A stretch of 64,000 bases of DNA, from positions 192,001-256,000 of the forward strand of contig CM000429.1 in the NCBI GenBank assembly GCA_000165345.1, in the 5' to 3' direction. Position numbers and translations under genes: made by a program. Every line of letters begins with the position of its first letter. Position 1 is the first letter of the stretch. Shown here in pieces: positions 57,453-64,000 of the stretch. A model generated the notes under the pieces. It saw only the letters and a list, made by a program, of their open reading frames with translations, was not told the origin of the DNA and did not search any database.

Positions 57453-59309
57453 TTATTCCTCAAGGAGGAAATAATTTCCGGACATTTTTTGTTCTTTATC
57501 TTTGACAGAATCAAGTTTGTTAATTCTAGGTCTAAAGTTCATAGGATCTCTTCTGAAAGAGATTTCAAGGATTTTAAGGAATTTATTCATGCCAGTAACT
57601 AAATTCTCAGGTCTATGAGCAAAGCAATCAACACCAGGAGTACCGGTAAATAATATAACACGGTCAGCAAGATATGTAGCCATAATAAAGTCATGCTCAA
57701 CAACGAATGCAGTTTTTTGTGAGTGGAGAATAAATCTTTTAATGATTTTAGAGGCTGTAATTCTTTGCTCAGAGTCCAAGTAGGCCGATGGCTCATCAAT
57801 AAGATATATATCTGCTTTCTTACCAAGGGCAAGGATTAAAGCAACTCTTTGAAGCTCACCACCAGAAAGGAGCTTTACTTGTTGGTCAGAAATTCTCTCA
57901 ATATTGAATGGTTTTACAACTTCTGAGGTGAATTGAACATCCATAAATGAGTCTCTAATCTTCATCAAGAATAAATCTCGAACACTACCTTCAAATTTTG
58001 GTGATATAGTTTGTGGTTTGTATGATACATTAAATTCTGGCATTTGGTAATGATCTTTGTCAATTACATCAGAGTCATCAGGCTTGCTTACTCCTGCTAA
58101 AATCTTAATAAAGGTAGTTTTACCACATCCATTTTGTCCAAGCATAACAATAATCTCAGAATTTCCAAAATCTCCAGCTTCAGCTGAAAGCTTGAAAGAT
58201 CCCATTGTTTTTGTGAATCCTGGATACTTTACAAAATTAGATCTTTGCATCGCAATTTCATCTTGATCTACAATCTTGAAATTCAGTCCTTCTTCTCTAA
58301 ATCTCATATTTTCAGTAGGAACGAAACCATCCAGAAATATATTAATACCTTCTCTAACACTAAAAGGAGTAGTTACCACTCCATATACTCCAGGACTTCC
58401 CCATAAACAACAAACTAGATCTGATAAATAGTCTAATACTGAGAGATCATGCTCAACTACTATTACATAGTTTTCATGATTAAGTACATTTCTAATAACT
58501 TTAGCAGCATTAATTCTCTGCTTAATATCCAAATAGCTACTTGGCTCATCGTACATGTAAACCATACTAGCAACTGAAGTACTTACACATAAAGCAAATC
58601 TCTGTAGTTCTCCACCGCTTAATTCACCAACTTGTCTATCTAGTAAATGTCTTAGTTCAAGCTGATCTATTAGGGTTTCTGCAATAGACTTCTCATCTTT
58701 GGCATTAATAATATCACCAACTCTACCTTTAACTCTTTTTGGAATATGATCAACATATTGTGGTTTAATTACCGTCTTAAGCTCTCCATTCTGCATCTTG
58801 TTAAAGTATGTTTGCAATTCACTTCCTCTAAAATAAGCTATTACTTCTTTCCATTCTAACTCCTTTGTGTAATCTCCAAGATTTGGACGAAGCTTTCCAC
58901 TCAATATTTGCAAAGCTGTACTCTTTCCTATACCATTGGTACCAACTAATCCTAAAACTTGCCCTGGACGCGGTACAGGTAATCTATGTAATTTAAAGCT
59001 ATTCTTACCGTATCTATGTGTTGTGTCTTTACTCATATTCTTTGGCAAATTAATAATTGTAATTGCAGAATATGGACATTTCTTAACACAAATACCACAC
59101 CCAATACAGAGAGGTTCTGAAATGGAGGCAATTTTACTTGAAGAATCCACCTCTACACAAAGCTTTCCTGTTCTTACCACTGGACAGAACGATTTACATT
59201 CTTGTCGACAATTCTTAGGCTTACATCTATCCGCTTCCACAATAGCTATTCTCAAACGACTTTCATTTTCGTCCCCTCCGCCACTCTTTGTACTCTTTTT
59301 TGGTGGCAT
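57453..59309 (-). CDS. ABCE1: ABCE1 / RNase L inhibitor: N-terminal 4Fe-4S ferredoxin-like domain plus two ABC ATPase domains.
   Basis: The N-terminal Fe-S cysteine clusters are [16 protein letters not shown] and [12 protein letters not shown]. There are two Walker A sites ([18 protein letters not shown]), the ABC signature LSGGELQR twice, and Walker B DEPSSYLD / DEPSAYLD. Confidence 0.92.
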   Translation of the reverse strand: MPPKKSTKSGGGDENESRLRIAIVEADRCKPKNCRQECKSFCPVVRTGKLCVEVDSSSKIASISEPLCIGCGICVKKCPYSAITIINLPKNMSKDTTHRYGKNSFKLHRLPVPRPGQVLGLVGTNGIGKSTALQILSGKLRPNLGDYTKELEWKEVIAYFRGSELQTYFNKMQNGELKTVIKPQYVDHIPKRVKGRVGDIINAKDEKSIAETLIDQLELRHLLDRQVGELSGGELQRFALCVSTSVASMVYMYDEPSSYLDIKQRINAAKVIRNVLNHENYVIVVEHDLSVLDYLSDLVCCLWGSPGVYGVVTTPFSVREGINIFLDGFVPTENMRFREEGLNFKIVDQDEIAMQRSNFVKYPGFTKTMGSFKLSAEAGDFGNSEIIVMLGQNGCGKTTFIKILAGVSKPDDSDVIDKDHYQMPEFNVSYKPQTISPKFEGSVRDLFLMKIRDSFMDVQFTSEVVKPFNIERISDQQVKLLSGGELQRVALILALGKKADIYLIDEPSAYLDSEQRITASKIIKRFILHSQKTAFVVEHDFIMATYLADRVILFTGTPGVDCFAHRPENLVTGMNKFLKILEISFRRDPMNFRPRINKLDSVKDKEQKMSGNYFLLEE

Positions 59310-59569
59310 TCTTCCTTTATAAATAAATATATATTTTCAGCTATTTTAGCCCTATTTTCTTCCTTGTATTGATTTATTAGTACTTTGATTTTTAAGAGTT
59401 AACAATCAAAGTATTTAATTTATGTATCATGTATAATATTAAATGCTTGAATTAAATAATTATTTAATCAATTTTAATCAAATTGCTATTTATTAATTAT
59501 TAAATTTTTATTTTATTTAATATTATACATAATAAATATATTTAATTACCCTGCCAAATTCCAACAAAC

Positions 59570-59962
59570 TTTAGGCGGGAACCATTGAAGTCTGACATTT
59601 TCTTTATAAATAAATAAATTAATCCTTTTATTAAAAATTTGTGGGCATTTTGGAATATAAATGCGAGGAAAAGCATAAATATTTCCAAAAATTTCTCTTT
59701 AAAATCTTTTTCTTGAGTTTCTTTTGGAATTTCACTCTGAAAGAATTGTATAAAACAAAATAGGGCCAATTAAAAAAAGGTAAGAACTGTAGCTGGAAGT
59801 AGTTATAACAGAAAGCAGAGACTATTTGTAAAGTTAACAAGAGAAAGGAGCTATTTAAGCACAAAATGTCCTTGCTCTGGTTTCTTCTGAGAACCCGCCT
59901 AATACTTTGATTTAAAAAAATCAATGCATGCACAAAGGCTGAATGTGGATTTGGCGGGAATC
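59570..59962. promoter_or_regulatory. Upstream region of ABCE1. It has E2F-like sites TTTAGGCGGGAACC (59570-59583), AACCCGCCTAAT (59892-59903) and ATTTGGCGGGAATC (59949-59962), plus GCATGCAC (~59927).
   Basis: Motif instances are seen directly. The ABCE1 start codon is at 59309 on the minus strand, so these are 260-650 bp upstream. Confidence 0.5.
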
Positions 59963-60085
59963 TCGAGTTTAGTCTGATTACTTGTAGTTCTTGAACAGTT
60001 ACTCTGAATATGAAATTACTGCTATTATTTTAATATATAAAGTTTGGGATGATTTGAGAATGCTATAAAGTTGAAAATAAATTAT

Positions 60086-63000
60086 TTAGGATGTAAAAAG
60101 AGTAAGCATTTTGTTTGTGACGTAGAATCCACCAAAAGTATTGATAGAGGCCAAAAATGTAGAGAACATGGACATTAAGGTAGTATATGTTACAGTTTGG
60201 TTCCCATATTGCATCATACTACCAATGATGATTACTCCAGAAAGAGCATTAGTTACTGACATTAAAGGTGTATGTAGTTTAGGATCCACATCCCATACAC
60301 AGTAATATCCCAACATGGTTGAAATGATAAAGGAAAAGATATTTTGGATCTGAATTGTAGTCATTGTGAGTCCTAATACTGTGAAGAAAAGAGTAGCAAG
60401 TATTACTCCAGCATAAAAGTTTACTCCTCCATTCAATTGCTTATCAAAGTTTTTAAATTCTTTCATGACTTTTTGTAAATACCCATCGATTTCAGTTTTT
60501 GAGCAAAAAACAGAAGTTTTACTTGTGGTTGTATCTTCATCCTTGATAGAAATGAGAGTTGACTGCTTTGAAATATTTTCAAGAAGACTCTTCTTTTCTA
60601 ACATTTCTTGGTTTTCGTGCTTCTCTTGATTTTGTTCAGTAAAAGGTCTCCAAAGCATCTTATTTTCATGAGCAACACACATTTTTGAAATGATTTCATT
60701 GTTCAAATCACATTTAAACCTATCAGATGTTGGCCCTAATTCACTAATTAAAGATAATAAGTTTCCAGAAAACAATTCACTGCTTTGTAATGGCATTGAA
60801 AATACATAGTTACATTTTCCAATAATTGTTGTTCCTGATTGAACATCAGAGAATGTTCTGTCTTTCTGGGTTAATTCACAGTTACCTCCAAATTCTGAGC
60901 AAAGATCTACAATAACTGATCCACTCTTCATCTTTCTTACAGCTTCTTTTGTAATCAAAATTGGGCATTCCTCACCAGGTTTACATGCTGATGTGATTAC
61001 AATATCTGAGATACACAAATACTTTTCAATTAAATCCCTCTGCTTTTTCAATATTTCCTCTTTTCTGAGAGATTCTCCCTCACTTGGGACTTGGATAAAC
61101 CTTGCTCCACAGCTTTCTGCTTCTTCCTTTGAAGTAGATCGTGAATCCATTGCAAACACTTTTGTTCCCATACTTTTTGCTGTAGCAATGGCCTGTAGAC
61201 CAGCAACACCTGCTCCTATGACTAATACTGTTGACTCTTCAACATTACCCGCTGCACTGGAAATTGATTTACTAATTCTTGGAAGATAATTAAAAGCATC
61301 AACTACTGCTCTATATCCAGAAATTGTGCTTGTTGTAGTTCTAATATCCATAGTTTGAGCACGAGAAGTTCTTGGAACTTCATCCAAAGCTATCACAGTT
61401 ACTCCATTCTTTGTTAAGCTTGCTAGTAGTTGATCTTGGCTGTTCTCCTTATCTTGGTACTGACTTATATGCATGTTACAAATTAAAAACTGTCCTTGTT
61501 TCATGCACTTTGCTTCCTTCTCACTTGGTCTAGCCATCTTGATCACTACATCACATTCCTTGATTAACTCCTCAATATTTTTATATACAAGAGCTCCACT
61601 TCTCATATATATCTCCTCTGAGAAATATTTGGACTGGAATGATGAAGTTAAAACATCTCTGGAAATTGCTACTTCATATCCCTTTTCTCTAAACTTATAC
61701 ACTTTAGAAGGAGGTATCGGGAATAATAAAGTTTTATCTTGTTCTGAAACTATTGGTAAAAGAGCAATTTTTTTTGAACCTTTGTTAGCACTCATAGATA
61801 CTTTCTCTGTCTCTGTTTCTGCTCCACCGGCTTTCTTGCTCCTAGAACTAACATTTCCTGAAGTCTTGGATGATTTTCTTTGCTTTGAAGAAAGTAAAGC
61901 TGTCGTAACCTCATCAGTATCTTCAACTTCTTCTATCTCTTCTGTTACCCTTGAATCTATATATTGCCTTGGAACAAATCCTGCACATCCTTTTAATATC
62001 TTATATACTTGTTGAAGAGTTTCTCTTGAATCACCAAGTAACATTCTGGTTCTTTCACATGTAAAGAGTTCATTTTCAATGCATGCATATCCATATGCTA
62101 AGGATCTTTTTGAAACTACGACTTGTTTTGCTTTCCAAACATTTATTACTGGCATTCCTGAAATCTTACTTTGAGGGTCCAAAGCTGCAGGATTAACTAT
62201 ATCATTAGCTCCTACCACTAATACCAAATCATACTCGTGCATGCAATTGTTCACAGCATCCATCTCTTTAACAATTCTGCTTGGTACTCCTGATTCAGCA
62301 AGTAAAACATTCATATGGCCTGGCATTCTTCCAGCCACTGGATGAATTCCAATTTCTACTATTGTACTTCTAGACTCTAATTCTTTAATTATATCAGAAA
62401 TTATATCTTGACATTTACTTACTGCCATACCATATCCTGGTACTATAAGTATCTTTGACGATTCAGCTAATATCTCAGCAGTTTCTTTTGAACTTGTAGT
62501 ATAACATTTTGTATCTCCTACCATCTTTTCTGTCTCTTCCTGATCAAATCCTCCAAGAAGAACTGAAACAAAGTCTCTATTCATTCCTTTACACATTATA
62601 TATGAAAGTATTGCACCACTTGAACCAATTAAAGCTCCACTTATAATTAAGAGACTATTGTCCAAAAGAAATCCTGTAATAGCCGTAGACCAACCACTGT
62701 AGCTATTTAACATACTTATTATTACTGGCATGTCAGCTCCTCCAATACTTATAATCATAAATATCCCAAATAAAGCTGAAAGAATCATTCCACAATGTAA
62801 GTTGGTTGTTATTACTAACTCGTTATTGGATACACAAAATGATAATCCTGTCATACATATTGAAAAAAGTAAAATTGAAAGTGATACATTCTTTAATGGT
62901 ATCTTTACACTCTTACTTGGAATAATATCATCCAACTTCAATGCTGCAATGACCGAACCAACAAAAGTTATCATACCCATAACACCTCCTACAAATAATT

Positions 63001-63529
63001 CCATTCTTCTTAAGACATAGATTCCTTCCTTCATCCCAATAGAAGAATAGAAATAAGAATATGATACAAATAATGCTGCCAATCCAACAAGACTGTGAAA
63101 TATCGCAACCAATTGTGGCATTTTTATTAATTGAGTTTTATCTGCAATATAAACACCAACAGCTCCTGATACTATTGTTGCCAAAAAGAATACAAAGTAG
63201 TGATTTCCAAAACCTTCTTCTGATAACGATACCAATATTGCTACCATCATTCCTACAAACCCTACTATATTACTTCTATATGCAGTCTTTTCAGATGATA
63301 ACCCTTTAATGCAATAAATAAAGCATAAAGCTGCAAAAAATTGGCCTGCCATTGTCAAAGACCCTGAATTACTTGTTTGATAAATCTCTGAGAGTCCCAA
63401 AAACAAGCTTTTACCACCTTCCTCCATTAACTTTCCTTGTAGTCTTGCATCCACACCATTAAGTGCAAAAATCACTAATAATACCACTGAAAATACTAAT
63501 AATCCTAATTTCATACTTAATTTCCTCAT
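60086..63529 (-). CDS. Single-polypeptide proton-translocating NAD(P) transhydrogenase. The domain order is dIIb(TM)-dIII(NADP)-linker-dI(NAD)-dIIa(TM), with an N-terminal signal/targeting peptide.
   Basis: The beta-type part comes first: GGADMPVIISMLNSYSGW, PGYGMAVSKCQ, AGRMPGHMNVLLAE and VVGANDIVNPAA. Then comes an S/K-rich linker. The alpha-type dI follows, with VIGAGVAGLQAIATAKSMGTKVFAMDSR. The C-terminus has TM helices. Confidence 0.9.
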   Translation of the reverse strand: MRKLSMKLGLLVFSVVLLVIFALNGVDARLQGKLMEEGGKSLFLGLSEIYQTSNSGSLTMAGQFFAALCFIYCIKGLSSEKTAYRSNIVGFVGMMVAILVSLSEEGFGNHYFVFFLATIVSGAVGVYIADKTQLIKMPQLVAIFHSLVGLAALFVSYSYFYSSIGMKEGIYVLRRMELFVGGVMGMITFVGSVIAALKLDDIIPSKSVKIPLKNVSLSILLFSICMTGLSFCVSNNELVITTNLHCGMILSALFGIFMIISIGGADMPVIISMLNSYSGWSTAITGFLLDNSLLIISGALIGSSGAILSYIMCKGMNRDFVSVLLGGFDQEETEKMVGDTKCYTTSSKETAEILAESSKILIVPGYGMAVSKCQDIISDIIKELESRSTIVEIGIHPVAGRMPGHMNVLLAESGVPSRIVKEMDAVNNCMHEYDLVLVVGANDIVNPAALDPQSKISGMPVINVWKAKQVVVSKRSLAYGYACIENELFTCERTRMLLGDSRETLQQVYKILKGCAGFVPRQYIDSRVTEEIEEVEDTDEVTTALLSSKQRKSSKTSGNVSSRSKKAGGAETETEKVSMSANKGSKKIALLPIVSEQDKTLLFPIPPSKVYKFREKGYEVAISRDVLTSSFQSKYFSEEIYMRSGALVYKNIEELIKECDVVIKMARPSEKEAKCMKQGQFLICNMHISQYQDKENSQDQLLASLTKNGVTVIALDEVPRTSRAQTMDIRTTTSTISGYRAVVDAFNYLPRISKSISSAAGNVEESTVLVIGAGVAGLQAIATAKSMGTKVFAMDSRSTSKEEAESCGARFIQVPSEGESLRKEEILKKQRDLIEKYLCISDIVITSACKPGEECPILITKEAVRKMKSGSVIVDLCSEFGGNCELTQKDRTFSDVQSGTTIIGKCNYVFSMPLQSSELFSGNLLSLISELGPTSDRFKCDLNNEIISKMCVAHENKMLWRPFTEQNQEKHENQEMLEKKSLLENISKQSTLISIKDEDTTTSKTSVFCSKTEIDGYLQKVMKEFKNFDKQLNGGVNFYAGVILATLFFTVLGLTMTTIQIQNIFSFIISTMLGYYCVWDVDPKLHTPLMSVTNALSGVIIIGSMMQYGNQTVTYTTLMSMFSTFLASINTFGGFYVTNKMLTLFTS

Positions 63530-63808
63530 TTTTACCCTTTACAATAATTTTTAATAATTTTTGTAAATTATTACTTTTTTTTTCTCTATTACAGAGATGA
63601 CGCTCTATTGTGCATATCCACATGCAATGACGAATTTCATGCAATTTTGAAAAATGCATGCATGCAAAAACATTCCGGTATATAAACTAATAATTATTTG
63701 AAAGAGAGGAAATAAAGTTAAAATTGAGAGTTGTTAATATATATATTAACAATAAAAAGAAAGAATTGAGATAATTATTATATAATCCTTTTAGTAATAA
63801 TTAAAAGT

Positions 63809-64000
63809 TTAAAATGATATAAACCACCAATAAGAATCAGGCGAAGTTTCAACTTGGACCATTGTATTTATTCCAGAACCAAGATTACACCATTCAGTTG
63901 GATCAAACCCTTGAAAATTGGTTTCTGAAAATACTTCCTCATTCTGAATAGAAGTAATATCTGTTTTATTTAAATTCTCACATTGCTGTTTCCAAAAATC
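63809..64000 (-). CDS. Possible 3'-terminal fragment of a minus-strand gene that continues beyond the window end. About 63 codons, ending ...SYWWFISF-stop.
   Basis: A 64-codon open frame from the window edge to TAA at 63809-63811 in AT-rich DNA. It has no start within the window, so it is absent from the ORF track. Weak. Confidence 0.3.
   Translation of the reverse strand, partial: DFWKQQCENLNKTDITSIQNEEVFSETNFQGFDPTEWCNLGSGINTMVQVETSPDSYWWFISF

Noticed and set aside
59542-59933. Minus-strand ORFs 59542..59769 and 59631..59933 between ABCE1 and the transhydrogenase
   Set aside because: They lie in the ABCE1 promoter region, which contains E2F-like sites. They are short, lysine/phenylalanine-rich and mutually overlapping in different frames, so they are most likely non-coding.

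Overview
This window is eukaryotic nuclear DNA, not prokaryotic. It is about 70% AT, uses the standard genetic code, and is gene-dense. Coding regions are mostly unspliced, but there are a few short canonical GT-AG introns. Intergenic spacers repeatedly carry TTTGGCGGGAA (E2F-like), GCATGC(A) and GGGG-type boxes. From memory, this combination is characteristic of Cryptosporidium promoters, so I treat the segment as Cryptosporidium-like apicomplexan chromosome. That is an inference; I ran no database search.

I can support about 27 protein-coding genes and one tRNA:
- a 5'-truncated dynein heavy chain
- a dual-specificity phosphatase
- a PDI
- two protein kinases, one with PERK/PEK-like architecture
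- an ankyrin-DHHC palmitoyltransferase
- a UPF1/SEN1-like helicase
- 40S ribosomal protein S19
- an ER-type cyclophilin
- eIF4A
- an A20/AN1 zinc-finger protein
- an actin-related protein
- an ANP32-like LRR/acidic protein
- a head-to-head pair of N/S-rich RING-finger paralogs
- ABCE1
- a single-chain NAD(P) transhydrogenase
- tRNA-Lys(UUU)

Three tiny genes (MND1, DSS1/SEM1, UBL5/Hub1) are split by canonical introns. They are invisible or truncated in the six-frame ORF track; I reconstructed them by hand.

There is nothing prokaryotic-style here (no CRISPR, operons or IS elements). I found no novel 'system' in the defence-island sense. The most interesting unexplained signals are regulatory. 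One is a recurrent CCGG(T/C)AT element tightly associated with GCATGC. The other is a set of promoter-like motif clusters sitting in convergent (3'-3') spacers, where no annotated transcript should start. The ORF tool uses TTG/alternative starts, so several listed starts are artefacts. One of my hand-derived coordinates (the 12277 gene) differed by 1 nt from the tool's, so hand-mapped exon boundaries near that gene may be off by 1.
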